The notes under the pieces were generated by a model. It did not search any database. It had not been told where the DNA came from and was given only the letters and a program-made list of their open reading frames with translations. The translations under genes were made by a program, and so were the position numbers. DNA of 64,000 bases from Lama guanicoe. Its lineage: Eukaryota. Below are positions 37,461-51,183 of the stretch, piece after piece; the stretch's first letter is position 1, and each line of letters starts with the position of its first letter. The stretch lies in contig MU054338.1 in the NCBI GenBank assembly GCA_013239625.1, positions 5,494,724 through 5,558,723 of the forward strand, given 5' to 3'.

Positions 37461-39799
37461 TTATAGATTAGTTTGCCAGATTAGATTTCAATTAGAGTTT
37501 TATCTGATGAAATCATACTGTATGTTCTCCTTTTTTGGTCTGGTTTCTTTGAGTGCAGTTGTTTTGAGATTCATCCATATTGTGTATAGGTTCATTATTT
37601 GTTGTTGAGCAGTTTTGCAGTGTATGGATATACTACAGTTTATTCACTTACCTATTAGTAGACATTTAGATTTCCAGTTTGGGGATATTACAGATAATAT
37701 TGCTGTGAACATTCAGGTGTATATTTTTACATGGATATATGCTTTAATTTTCTTTTGGGTAAGTAGTTGTGAATAATGTATGGTAGGTGTGTGTTTAACG
37801 TTTTTAGTGTCTATACTCTAAATTAGAAGTATTTAGGGTAAGGCAGTTTATTTTATCAATGTAGCCAAATTATAATCTATCTATAAAAATATTTCTAAAA
37901 GATTCACAGTTAAGGGTTACATATATTTTAGGGCTAGAGAAGAATATTTTCCTAATTTTACCTGGAAGATAAAAGAGAGAATTGAATTGAACATGAAAAA
38001 AGGGGGCTTTTCTTAAACTATCACATCATCTGTACTGGAATATGTGTCTTGTGAGATTTCTTTGAGGGTGGCTCTCTACAAGTCTGTCAAGAATAGAGTT
38101 GATAGTGATCATTAGATTTACAAAAAAGGTCATTTTTTAAAGAAGCTGTAAGTGATGAGATAGTTTTTACCCCATTTACTTACGAGGAAACCGCTCAGGA
38201 AATGATTAGCCAGGGAAGGATTTGGGTGCAGTAGTGCTGTGCTCACACCTTGGGCATAACCCGTATGAGCTGCTTTCTCATGTGATACGGATTAACCCCA
38301 AACCAAATCCCCAGCTTCTGTGGTTAGATTGGATAGTTTATTCTTAGCAGTAATAATGCATGGCAGAATATGGCCTAGACACTTTGTTACCTGCTTTGGC
38401 TTGTAATTAGTTATTTATACATTTTGTAACTAATGAGAGAGCTAAGCAGTGTGAAAACACAGGCTGAAACTATTACTGTGTCATTGACCCTGTGTCAGAA
38501 TAATGTTTTTTTAATGTAAATCATGTACAGTATTTGGGTTTCAAAAGAAACCAGTTACATGATAATCCATTCCTAGTCACAGACCTTTTGTAAGCCCATG
38601 AAATGTAAATTGATCTACATTTTATGAATTGTTGCTAATACATTTCCTCCTCATCTTCCAAGAGTAAGAGACTCAAATGTGTATGCTCTGTTTGGCAGAC
38701 TGGTGTAGGACTTTCATATGGCATAGACAGGTAGACTGTTCAACAGTTGAGGGTTCCCTTTGAGATCTGCTTGTGTGCAGTCAGCATGAGGAGGATCTGT
38801 TGTGAACCTGGGTAGACAGAGTAAAAAGTTCTAGGAATCTGGGAGTTGGTGTGTTTATCACCCCCCCATCCCCACCCCTATCTGCTGCATGTTGGTATAG
38901 TACAGATCCTGGAAGAAGCTGCTTTCCTTAGTTTTGTCTAGGGTGATACCTTCACTGGGTTACCACTTGGCATGGTTGTGTTTGAATATGAGGGACCGGT
39001 GAGAAAAAACTTTGGGGACTACAAAAAGGTGCTAATTTTAATTTTTCCAAGTACATGAAAAGAAAGTCCCCCAGCTACCATTGGTGTTTGAATGCTACCG
39101 CTCCCCCACACGAGGAAGACATACCTAGAATAACGATCAGCCCTTTATTTTAGAAGAAGTGGTTTTATAAATCAATAACATGGTAGTCTTGGCTTTTGGT
39201 TTTTTGTTTTTTCCATTTTTCTCTGGATCACAAAATCCCTATCAGAATCTGTGGTTTGGGAGTCCCTGGATTCTCACTGGTAGAAAACAGAGGACTCAGG
39301 AAGCAGAAAGTGCTGGACTCAGTGCCCTGAGAGGAACTTCCTGTGGCTCCTGGCTCCCTAGTTGTTCCTGGTCAGCTCTCACAGGTGTCTGCCTGTGGTC
39401 AAAGGGGGCTGAGCTTGAGTAGGTGGCTCAGGGAACAGCTTTACTCAGCCAGCACAGGGCCTTGCCCTGGCTGCGGGCACAGTCGCCTGTTGTTCCTGTT
39501 TTGATGTGTGGTTCTGTGCTTTGAAAGTCTGCATTTCATGTGAAGCTTTTTTCATGTCCCACTTTAAACCAGATGTGAACATGTAGAGCTTAGAAATGAA
39601 GTGTTACTGTGTGGAAGCACCTAACACACAAAGGTAAAAGAGTATTCCAGGAAGCACCATGCCAAAAAAGCATCCAACCTTTGCCAACGGTGAAATTGTT
39701 TGCGTGCTGTCTTTCTTCTACCAGGTTGCTTAGACGTGGGGTTTCCTAGCCTCAAAGTAAGAGGGTTGAGTAGAGAATGGTTTCTTTCCCTTAAAAATC

Positions 39800-40342
39800 T
39801 TTTTTAATTGTGGTAAAATATATGTAAAGTTTGCCATCTTAATTATTTTAAGTGTACAGTTTCGTGTCAGTTGGTACAATGTTGTAGACTATACCAGTAG
39901 CTGCTCTTCATTTGCAGAACTTTTTTTATCATCCCAAACTCTGTAGCCATTAAAATAGTGACGCCCCATTCCTACCTCTCCCTAGTCCCTGGTAACTTCT
40001 TTTTTTTCTCTGTTTGGCTTATTTCACTTAGCATAATGTTTTCAAAGTTCATCTGTGTTGCAGCATGTATCAGCACTTCATTCCTCTTTATGGCTGTAAC
40101 CCATTTTATGGATCTATCACATTTTATTTATCCCATTCATCTGTTGGTGGATATGTGGGATGTTTTCACCTTCTGCTATTGTGAATAATGCTGCTAATGA
40201 TGTACCAGTACCTGAGTCCTCCTTTTCAGTTCTGTACTCTAAGAGTGGAAATGCTGGGTCCTATGGTAACTAAATGTTTTTAACTTTTTGGACAGTTCCC
40301 AAACTGTTTTCTATAGCACCTGCACTATTTTACATTCCCACT
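39800..40342 (-). mobile_element. LINE-1 (L1M-type) 3' fragment
   Basis: ttttaattgtggtaaaatata...ggcttatttcacttagcataatgttttcaaagttcatc...ttttacattcccac. Confidence 0.75.
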
Positions 40343-40778
40343 TAAAACTTTTTTTTGCCCCCACCACAAAAAACACTTTTATTTGTAAAGCTATAATTCA
40401 TTGGACCTATGTGAACCACCTCATTTCTGTTCCATGAAATCTTGTAAATCTTCCCTTCTTTTTTCCTGTTTCTGTCTTAGAAAGCACCTTGGGCCGGGAG
40501 TTGGTCTCTCCCACCTCTGTTGCAGCCCCACAGAAGTGTGCGAAGGCCTAGGAGAGCGCACTTGTCTTGAGAGTGGCTTTTTTGATAGTTGAGTATTAAG
40601 GAGTGCACTGCTGCAATTTTCTGCTCTATGGACCACATTAATTTGAGTGTCTCAAATCAAAATCAGTATTAGTCTTGTGTTGTATGGAACTTTGTAGGAT
40701 TGTAAACCTGGCAGATCAAATACTGTCTTTGATACTGTGCTAACATGGACATTTTTTCTCTCTTTCTTTTGAATTCAG

Positions 40779-40948
40779 TGAAGGAGAACGACCTGCTCAG
40801 AATGAGAAGAGGAAGGAGAAAAACATAAAAAGAGGAGGCAATCGCTTTGAGCCATATGCCAATCCAACTAAAAGATACAGAGCCTTCATTACAAACATAC
40901 CTTTTGATGTGAAATGGCAGTCACTTAAAGACCTGGTTAAAGAAAAAG
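40779..40948 (+). CDS. HNRNPM: HNRNPM exon 2 (basic region and start of RRM1)
   Basis: EGERPAQNEKRKEKNIKRGGNRFEPYANPTKRYRAFITNIPFDVKWQSLKDLVKEK. 170 nt, AG/GT flanks. Confidence 0.96.
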
Positions 40949-43900
40949 GTAATGGTACTAGTGGTTGAGCAGGGTCAGAAGGTTGGTGTGTCATCTTCTC
41001 TGTGGCGAATTCCTTGGTTATTTTTTGTCTGTGGAAGCTGTTCTGGGTAGAGCATGTGTTCTCTCCAGGCTTGAGAGTTAAGTGCCCACCCCTTCCCCAC
41101 TTTTTTTTTTTTTTTTTTTTTTGGTGATCATGCACTTGTGTGTCAAATAGGGTGGTTTGTATGGTCCCTTGGTCTACGAATGATTTTACTGGCTTAACAT
41201 GGCGAATAGGGCTTCGATTAACCTTGAGGGGATCCTCTTGGTGTTAAGGAAATTTTTGAATTCTTCATATTAGGTGGGAGAAGTTTTTCCTTTTTTTTAA
41301 AAAAAAAAATTCTGTCTTCCTGGGATCAAAATTTGGTAGCTGCAAAGTGCTGTTCAGATTCTAAATTATAAAGCCTTTTCTTGTATTTAAACTGTTAGGC
41401 TTCCCCATCCCTCACCTTGGGGAGAAACAGTAGATTGGCAATTGGATAGCTCAAAAAAGGCATCTGCTCTGTAGTTCAGTGCCTTCAGGTGCACATCAGT
41501 CTCAGGCTAGGTGTCTGATTTCTGGCCTAGGGCAGAGGAAGCAACTGAAGCTCTGCTGCCACCAGGAGGTCCTAGGAGATTGGTTGCCCCCATGGGTCCT
41601 CTTCCTCACTCTCCTGTACACACCACATATGTCTTCTTTCCATACTCTTGTTCTGCTTCTTTTGTCTTCCTTTCTTTTCTGATTCTTGGCCCTGCTGGTG
41701 GCACTGAGGGCTAAAGAGATTGCTCAGCCCTGGTTTAGACAAAACTATTGATGGAGAGGACACTTTGTCTAATGCTTTGAGGTCTTCCCTCAATCCTGCC
41801 CCAAAGGGAAACCTAGAATCAAATTATCCTTAAATGGAGTCTTTTTGAAGGACTGAAAGGTATTGGTTTTCTGGAGCATTCATAACGAAAAGAGGTTCGA
41901 GCTTCATTTGTCAAATGATTGACATTTCAGTGACAGATGTCACTTGGATAGGCCATTTTGGTATGTGTATTGGTATTCTCAGCATTGGGGTTTGAAATAA
42001 TAAGTGGCCCACTGCCATCATTGTCCCATCACTTAATACTGCCATGCCATGCCGGAAGCACTAGGCACCGTGAACCTCTCTGTACAGTCATGTAGGCCGC
42101 TCCCATGCAGTAATTCTCCAGATAAAATGGATGGAAAAACGTTTTGGTGTGAGATTTGTTTTCCTGCCTTGATCAGCCAAATCATTCCTGCCAATGCTCC
42201 TAGGGCAAGAGTGAAGTTTCTTCTTTTTGTCTGAAGGGCGTGTCATGTGGCATCCCAGATGCAGTGTTCTTGGTTTTTGGGACTGCTGCTTCAATAAAGC
42301 TTAGAATTTCTGTACAGTCCAGTTGGGTCTCATTCGAATTAGTTTTTGGAATAACCCCCAAATTTGTGTTCTCGTGATTTAGTTGAACCGCTGAATTGAT
42401 ACTTCCATTGATAATAAGGTATAGTAGTTCCAAGAACCAGGAATGTGGCTTTGAAAATGCAATTGTTAGAATTTTGTAAGAGATTGCAGGCCAAATTATT
42501 TTTTCATTTTTAGGAGTGTGTGAACCAGTTTTGGGGCATGATGGATAAAGTAGGTGACATTTTTACTGCTTTACCATTCAGTAATTCAGTTTTGGAAGCC
42601 TTAAAGCTGGTAGCAGCAGCCATGACGGTTCTGGATGTAGAAGCAGTTCACCTCAATTTCCTACTTTGCACTGTATTAAGTGTGGAGCCAGCCTGGTGGT
42701 TTATTTGGATACTTCCAAACTGGTTCTCATATTCCCCTGGCATACTGCTATGAATGCCCTGGCTCAGCCCTTTCAGTGTATTTTTGGTGGTGTAATTTAG
42801 AATTACAGGTGTGCAGTAAATCTGTTATTTTTAACAAACCGTAAGATGTTCTTGTTTAGAGCTCCCCTGTACAGGTTAAATTACTTTTCTTTTTAATTAA
42901 ATTATTAGCAGTATTGGATTGTGGATAAAAGGATTCATAAGAGAAAGGTAATCGTTTTATGGTAATGCTTATGTTCAGTATGCGAAGTCTAAAGAAATTT
43001 GTTTACATACGTATGCTTTCTTTAAAATGTTCTTATTTTCATTATGAGGTTTTTAAAAACATTTAATTTGTGGCTTGGTATACCAAAAATATGTTTAAAT
43101 GGTTATTTGTTATCTGAAATATTTACTTGAAATCTGTTGCAAATAAGTTTTAAGGTTTTTGAAGACTTGTTATTGCACAGGAAAAAAAAAGTTGCAGGTA
43201 GAGGTACTTACACTCTAAAAGTACTAGTCTCAAAATAATCTCTCAAGTGGGCAAACCACAGAGATTTGGGCTATCATAAGCCAACTGCTCTATATCAGTT
43301 TGCATTTTAAGAGTCTATCCCTGATGAAATCATTTCCTGCTGTTTCAGGAAACTAGTGAAACAAGAGCTAGAATTAGTTGTCCTTGGCTTAAAGATCTGA
43401 AAAATGCTCTGTCATTGCAGCACTGCCTATAATTACTGCCTCTCAGACCTCAAGTAGTAGCTTTGAGATGGCAAGACAAGAGCTTTTTTCTAAGGACAGT
43501 CATACCTGAGATGGCCTCTGTAATTCCTGATCTTTTCCCCCTCCTTGAACACCAAGTGTATATATTCTCCAGCTTTGATTTTAACTGCGTTCTAGGAGAT
43601 CCTAATAATAATGCATATATTGATATGAACAGGCCCACTTACGCCTTTTCCCCTGGATGGGATCACAAAACTTGTTTGGTGGCACTGTCAGGAAATCAGC
43701 ATTGCTGATTTTAAAAAGAAAAGGTACTGAGAGCTTTGTTTTGTTTTTAGTCAGGTTGCTCCCCACAACCCCCATCAAATTATTTAGGGACATGGATTAA
43801 ACAGCCCATAGAATTGAGTTTTCTTTCCCTGAGCTTTCAGCTTCCTGCCAAGTGCCATGATGGAATAAAGGAAAGATTTCTATTGTCCTTCCTTTTGACC

Positions 43901-46900
43901 ATGCTTATTTTTAACGGAGCTATTACATGAAACAAATGACTGATGTGAACACTGAAGAGTTGCCAGATTTGGGGGAAAAAAATGGGAGCCAGTATGATAG
44001 GAAATTTGAATTGGAGATTGCCAAACCAAGTTAGAAAGTGATTTACAATCTCACAGCTACCTGATTCATCACTTGAACAGATACTGAGATACACATCTCA
44101 GAGCGTTTGACCATGAGGTCTAGATGAAAAATTAAGACTTCTTTGAGCAAAAGGTGTGATCTTGGGACTTCTAAACTTAAATAATGTTGTGTCACGTTAC
44201 CGAGAAGTCCTTCGTGGATGAAGAAAGCTCATCGTTGGGCTGTTTGTTCTCCTGGCCTAACCAGGGAGCCAGCAGCATCAAGGTGGGGCAACTGCAGCCA
44301 AGGTAGGACTGAGCTGCAGGAGCAGTGAGTAAACATGGAGCACAGTTTGAGGAAGAAAGGAAATCAGTGCTGTAGTTTATGCTCAGTCAATCCCAAGTTT
44401 AGTTAGCAGCAGTCAGTTAACTTGTGTAAGCAAAGATTTCTTAAGCACTTAATCCTTTTGTTTTTATTGAATGCATCACTTTAAGTAGATTTCTAATTAC
44501 ACCTGACAGAAAACTGAGGCCCAGAGGGCAAGTATAGTCCAGTAGAAAGTCTGCATTGGCTCTTGGAGATAATCTGTATTGTTAGCCTGTCGAACAGAAC
44601 TATTTCAGTTTAAGTAAAACTCTACCCAGTCTGTTTGGGTTCCTTCATATTATCCTTTGTTGGATATCCAGCCTGCATTTTGGAAAGGCCTGTTAATGCT
44701 AAAGCATTCATACCTGTGGGTACCTGGGTTGAACCTTAACAGCACAGCCTGCCTGGCTTGTTGGTTTTTGGCTGAGTTAGGGAGGGATTGTTCTTTCGCT
44801 GTTGTCATAGAATTAGGAGCAAGGAAGTGCTTAATAATTTTCTAACTTCTTCATATTTTGTGGTATTTCAAGTCATCCATATATTAAAGAAACTTTCGAA
44901 ATTAAAGTATGCATATTCTATGCACCCCTCCATTTAAAGTGGCTACCTGAGAATTGACTCTTAGGAAGTGAAAATGTTTGATAACATACCCTGCTTTTGA
45001 GTGCCCCCCTCCCAATTTTAAATTATAGGCCTTTTCAAATATGAATTCTCTACAGTGAAGCATTGGCTCCTGTACTTTATTTTCTTGTAGTTCATTTCAG
45101 ACTGGAGCAGTAAATGACAACACAGACATAAATACTCCTTGTGATATACGTATGTGCAGGAGTGTTCAGTTAGCAGTTGCAAGGGACTACCTGAATTCTT
45201 TTTGGGTTGCTCATCATCTTATACTCATGATGTGTTTTATTCTTGAAATAACATTTTTAATAATCCACCTAAAATGTTAGTTAATAATGATCTCTTGGAG
45301 CATTTTAAAATAAAGGTAGGTGATAACATTTGGTGTTAGATTTTTCAAAGTCTTTTTTTATTTAGATATTTTGCTGTTTGAAGCTGCAGTAGAATTTGTC
45401 TTAGCAGCCTACTCTTGAGATTCCATGGATTCCATCCATGTTCAGGAAGGGAGGGGTGCAGCATTATTTTTCATTAATACCTGCAAATTCCATGTCTGGG
45501 AGACTATCACTGTTGCCAATTATTAACGGCCTCTCAGTCCTGATTGATCTACTCAGGTGATTTGCTCTTTTAAACTATTTCACTGAATGTGACCAGACTG
45601 TGCATAGTTGGCAAATTTTGCCTTCAAAGTTTTATTGATAGTTGTACTGACTATACTAAACAAGTCTTTGCTTTAATAATGTAGAACTAAAAGAGAAATG
45701 GTCGTTTAAAGGTTTATTACTATTAATCTGCCTGTAGGGAAGTAGGGATTGGCAACTGTTGCAGATCCTGTAACAGTGATTTGCTTACATTTCGGAATTG
45801 ATGCGGTCTCTCAGGGTAGAGATGAGAAATGTATGAGGAGCATGGTTGTTATTGATAATAGATAAGGGCCAGCACTACTCATGGTGGAGCCACAATGCCT
45901 GCCTAATTTGTGGCTTAACTGATAGGAAGGAGGTGCTTTTTTTTTAATGTGGAATAAGTCCTAATTTCTAAACCTTGCTTTTTGTTAAAATGATTATGAA
46001 CATGGAAAAGAAGAAAAGTTTGGTTTGGACTTGCTTGGTTTCTAGGTTGCAGTGACAGCTTTTTGATAATCTGTGTCTTTATGGGCACAAACTGGAAACT
46101 TCTCAAATGCAACAGTATTTGAAATCTGACAATATAGTTACAGCTGTCCGAGTTAGATATTGTGACTCTTACTTATTTTTAATGTTATCAGGTGGTAGTC
46201 ACAGCTCACAGGAAATAAACCTGGAGTCTTTTCACTTTGTTGACACTATTTGGCATTTTCTTCAACTTGGAGACCAGGGCTCTTGATCCTCAAATGGCTG
46301 CTGCTGTTGAAATAAATGGCTTTTAACGTGGCCTCGGGGATGACCACAACTTTTTGGGAATTGCTTTCCTTTTGTAAGGATGTACAAGGCTTTGTGTGAC
46401 TGTCCCTCGGCTGTGGTCGTTTTTCAGTTGTTCGTACTCCAAAAGTTAAAGTATATGAGTGCCTCCTATTTCCTTTCTTCATTTCTTTGCACTTGATTCT
46501 TTCTCCTTTCTGTTTTGTGCAAAGTGCTGGTTTGGTGCTGTAATATTTCAGGAAAGGATGAGGAAGGTGAGGCTATAGACTTAAACTTTGAACACTTGGC
46601 CTTCTTGCTGTGCAAATATATTACTAATAAATAAACCCTTCAAATTATAAAAAAACTTATTTTACATTTCATTCTCTCCTTGGTATGTTAATTTTAAAAT
46701 CCTCAGCATAATTTTAATACCTTTTGAACAGAGGAGTTAGACTAGGCAGGATTGGAGGCCATTAAGAGGGTTATTTTTACCCTTCTACTGCTAAACCAAA
46801 TTGAAAACTGAATAGAAGGCTTTACAATCATAAAAATTTTTTTTTTCCTTTTTTTGAGGTATTTCTTAGAACAAAAGCCCTTTCTCTTGACTTTGGAGAG

Positions 46901-47321
46901 TCTGCTTAGATACTGTTTTCTCCAAGCTAACACTTTTAAATTTCTGGGTTTTTTAGGTGTGTGTGTGTTTGCCATCTTCAAGTTCAGCAGCCATTTTGGT
47001 GGTTGTCTTGATGGGTTCTAACATCTGGTCATGGTGGTCATGAATTGGCAATCCAAACCTTAAGGAAAATCTGTGGAATCTTTTGAAATGCTTTTTTTTT
47101 TCCCCTTTGTGTAGATTAGAATCTTGTGAGTCTATTTAGCTGTTAAGATGCAAACTGAGCTCGAAATTTGCATTTATCTTTGTCCTTTAATGGGGAGGCT
47201 GAGAGAGCAGCAAAAATAAAGCCTGGCTTAATTCACTGAAGAGAATCCAGATGCTGCTCTGGTTTTGTGATTGGATATTCAAACATCCTACTTCTGACAA
47301 TTGTGAGCCTAGCTCTGTGTG

Positions 47322-47493
47322 CAAGACCAGCTACAGAATTTGTGGGGCACAGTGCAAGATGAAAACATGGGGCCCCTTATTTAAAAATTACTAAGAATTT
47401 CAAGAGAGCGACAGAGCATTAAACCAAGTGCATGACTGTCAGTGCAGGGCCCCATGCGATTGGATGGGTTGCACACCCATGTAGCTGGCCATG
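47322..47493 (-). mobile_element. MER45A-like hAT-Tip100 MITE
   Basis: caagaccagctacagaatttgtggggcacagtgcaagatgaaaa...aagaatttcaaga...agagcattaaaccaag...gctggccatg, flanked by the ctgtgtg direct repeat; family assigned from memory. Confidence 0.72.
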
Positions 47494-47970
47494 CTGTGTG
47501 TGCGCGCGCCTTTGAGCATATACATATACACAGCTTTGTATTTAGCACTTGAGCTCAGTTCAGTGGCGTTGCAATTTGTGTGCTGTTTACCTGCTTTCAG
47601 TAAGACTGTATGTGTAAAACTGTTTTCCTCCCTTCCCCAAAAAAGTGAATAACGCAGACTTCTTTCCTGTAGATTTGGATTGCCTCTAGTCATGAATGAG
47701 TATTTCAGACAGGGAAATTGATATGGAAATCTGTGGAAATAGCTTGTTTGCGGCGGGAGGAAAAATCAAGGACATATTGTTAACGAGTTTCACCTACTTT
47801 TACTGCACACCTGTAATGCCTAGTTTGGTGGTTTAGAGAATATGGAGTGTTTCTGGGCTTTCTTATAAGGCAGAGGCTCCATACAAGGTTGCTGATGATT
47901 GTTCTAAATTCCCATTGTTTTCTTGGCTTTTCTCCCTTGGTTTATGTGTCGTCTGGAAACTGATTTGTAG

Positions 47971-48023
47971 TTGGTGAGGTAACATACGTGGAGCTCTTAA
48001 TGGACGCTGAAGGAAAGTCAAGG
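47971..48023 (+). CDS. HNRNPM: HNRNPM exon 3
   Basis: (V)GEVTYVELLMDAEGKSR. 53 nt, donor GTAAGT. Confidence 0.95.
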
Positions 48024-48926
48024 GTAAGTGTCTGAGAGAATTTCTTCTGTGGATTTACTACATGAAAAATGTAATTGTATGGTGGCGTGGAATCGAATGA
48101 AATCAGGAAGGCAGTGAGTGCTCATGTTATAGTAGCTATGTTTGACTTTGCCAAACATTCGAGTTGGGTGGGAGGGGATTTGCAAACAGGAGTCCCGCTT
48201 TTCCAAATGGCTGGCCAAAGAGCTTTTTGGTATTCTGTTTGGATGCCCAATTTGGATAACTGGGGACCAATAGCAGCATTGTCTCTTTGTTAACAGAGGA
48301 ATTGGCTGTGTGTGAATTATGCATGGAATTTTAGCGGTGGTATATTAATGTAAAACGTGTGTTCTTGTCTAGAAAATGTTACTTTTGGTTGTTTGCTGAA
48401 TTTGAAAGTTGTGTGAACCAAAGATTCTGAAAAGTTGCCTTTGTGCCAGTAAATTGTAAAACAAATACTAAAACTTGAACGTTTAAAATTGGCCTAGTTT
48501 AAAGAGAAAATTAACTATTTTCTGTCGTGCAATAGATGGCTTAGAATAATCAAAAGGATGAGGTTAATTTATGGAAGGGATGGATTTAGGAGGAGTATGA
48601 TAAGGAATTGATTGAGTACAGAGGGAAGCAGATCTAAAGTTTGTGTGATTTCTTGGAGAACCTGAATTTAGGTCTGCTCATTATAACTTCAGCTATAGTG
48701 CAATGCTGGTAATGTGAAGGAAAAGGAGATAATAAGGAGCTGAGCTTTTAATGAGGACGGCTAGGCAAGACACTTCTGTCAGCTTCCCCTTAGAAGGGTT
48801 AATTTAAATACTGTTACATAAATCATATTTTTAATTTATAACTGCCATCGAAATTCACTATTTTCTTCTTTTCTTTTTTCCCCCCATTTCCTTGCTCTTC
48901 TGACTGGTCTGTGGCTTCTTCCAAAG

Positions 48927-48934
48927 GGATGTGC
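48927..48934 (+). CDS. HNRNPM: HNRNPM exon 4, 8-nt microexon (GGATGTGC = G-C-A)
   Basis: ccaaAG|GGATGTGC|GTAAGT. Required to keep the frame between exons 3 and 5 and to build the RNP1-like RGCAVVEF. Confidence 0.92.
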
Positions 48935-49019
48935 GTAAGTATTGTCTAGTTACTTATTGGCAATTGAGCCTTTTGAGTTGTAGGACTGGTTTCACTCATT
49001 TCCTTTTGACTCTTCATAG

Positions 49020-49113
49020 TGTTGTTGAATTCAAGATGGAAGAGAGCATGAAAAAAGCTGCTGAAGTTCTAAACAAGCATAGTCTGAGTGGAAGACCACT
49101 GAAAGTCAAAGAA
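49020..49113 (+). CDS. HNRNPM: HNRNPM exon 5
   Basis: VVEFKMEESMKKAAEVLNKHSLSGRPLKVKE. 94 nt. Confidence 0.96.
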
Positions 49114-50169
49114 GTAAGCTCATGAAACACTGTGGATACCATTTGTAATTGTCGAGTTGTCCCTGTTTGGAATTAGGGAAAGATGGAAATAGTCCTTGAT
49201 GACATTTTGTGGAGCAGAACAATCTGGTCATTAACAAGGAGGGTCATTATTCCTGTGAGTCCTTCGGGATGGTGGATGAGCACATCCTGAGCCACTGCTG
49301 ACTGTCTTCCTGAATCTGTGATTTGTCGTAGGCCAGCCTGCTGTGGTTTTCTCAGGGGCATTCCAACTGAGCACCCCCCACTCCTTTTTTTTTTTTAAAT
49401 ATTCTACATCTGCAGTTTTACTCAGTCTGAACCCTATTCTTAGCCCATGTGTTTTCTGTTTTAAAGTGAGTTTAAATCCTCTTATTGAATCCAAGTCTGA
49501 TATCTTTTCTCCCTTGAGGGAAGAGGGAGGTTTTTAAGTTCAATCCTTGTCTTATTACTTCTTCTTGGAGGTAGGTCAGTGTAGGCAGAGCTCAGAGAGG
49601 AAAGTGTGATAGGGCTTAAGGTCTCTTGTATGTTGAAGGTGACATGCAGAATGGCAGAGTTCAAGAATAATGTCAATACCAGAGATCACAGACCTTTCCA
49701 GACTTTACATGAGTCAAATGCCCGAATACTTGAAGGCTACATTACCTTGGTGGTCTAGAGCTGTGTTTTCATACTTTTGGGAAAATCACTGATATGGTTT
49801 GCAGAAGTTGTAAAACCTCATTGAATTAGTAAGATTCAACTATACCAAGCCTCTGAAGATGTTATTTCAATCTGGAAGTTCTATATTATGTCAATGAATC
49901 ATGTCACCCGCTGACCCATCTTTTTTGTTTGTTTGTTTTTTACTTAGTTCAGCTGAGGGCTAAATTTTATACCCTTTATTTGTTGTTCTTTTGCTGGAAT
50001 TGTTCCTGCCTGGTGGTTTAGTTCATTTGAATTTCTTGTTACAGATTTTGAGAAATGCTTTCCAAACAGCCTCTCAATCTCTGAAGTTTTGGAAATATCA
50101 CTTGCTGTGCAGGCATGGTTTTATTTGTCACTGGGTCAGTTAAATATAATCCTTCTGTGCTTATTTTAG

Positions 50170-50361
50170 GATCCTGATGGTGAACATGCCAGGAGAGCAA
50201 TGCAAAAGGTGATGGCTACGACTGGTGGGATGGGTATGGGACCAGGTGGCCCAGGAATGATTAATATCCCACCCAGTATCCTAAATAATCCTAACATCCC
50301 AAATGAGATTATCCATGCATTACAGGCTGGAAGACTTGGAAGCACAGTATTTGTAGCAAAT
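50170..50361 (+). CDS. HNRNPM: HNRNPM exon 6 (contains an optional 117-nt internal intron)
   Basis: DPDGEHARRAMQKVMATTGGMGMGPGGPGMINIPPSILNNPNIPNEIIHALQAGRLGSTVFVAN. 192 nt. Confidence 0.96.
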
Positions 50362-51029
50362 GTAAGTAAATGGAAACTTTGTTTCATAAAGTTTGATTTT
50401 CTTCTTTAGGTGATCTTTTCAATGTGTTAAAGTAGTTCTGACATTTGAGAAGAAAAACTTAGAAGAGGGTTATGTTATCTTCTTGATCTGTTTAAAAAAA
50501 ATTCAGCCTTGGGGTTGAGCTTTGTCCCCTAATGAGCACTGCAGTCCTGAGTCACAGGCTTGATTATGGTCTTACTGGGGCCATGTTTACTGGTGTTTAC
50601 AAAAGTAGGTGCAGGGTAAAGTGTGTGAGCAGAGAACTGTATACTGTCATTACCTTCTTTTCATTGTGTTTGGGTGAATGGCAGTAATACCTTTGTCATT
50701 CGCAAAGGGAAATAGTTTTTAAAAGAAAGTGGGTTGGGAAGGATAATGGTAAATCTTAGCTGGGGAATGAAATTTTAGTGTTTATGAAATAAGCATAAAT
50801 TTGAGAAGTCTGAGGTGATGTAAATTGTTCTTTCAGAGAAGAGACATAAATAGTACTTGAGGCCAGATTTCATATTCCTGTTTGAAAAAGTATGCTGCAC
50901 TCAGTGTATTTTGGTGACATACTATTTTCTAGTGCTTGTTTTCCAATCAGATCATGTCATATTAATGTGGTAAAAATGTTTTTCATAAGATACCTACAAT
51001 GAGATTTTCCTCCGCTTTCTCTTAATTAG

Positions 51030-51183
51030 CTGGATTATAAAGTTGGCTGGAAGAAACTGAAGGAAGTTTTTAGTATGGCTGGTGTGGTGGTCCGAGCAGA
51101 CATTCTTGAGGATAAAGATGGAAAAAGTCGTGGAATAGGCACTGTTACTTTTGAACAGTCCATTGAAGCTGTACAAGCTATAT
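51030..51183 (+). CDS. HNRNPM: HNRNPM exon 7 (RRM2)
   Basis: LDYKVGWKKLKEVFSMAGVVVRADILEDKDGKSRGIGTVTFEQSIEAVQAI. Ends at the U12-type donor GTATCCTTT. Confidence 0.95.

Noticed and set aside
40779..40786. Tandem acceptors at HNRNPM exon 2 (CAG TGAAG GAG)
   Set aside because: Alternative AGs shift by 5 or 8 nt and break the frame; no support for their use.
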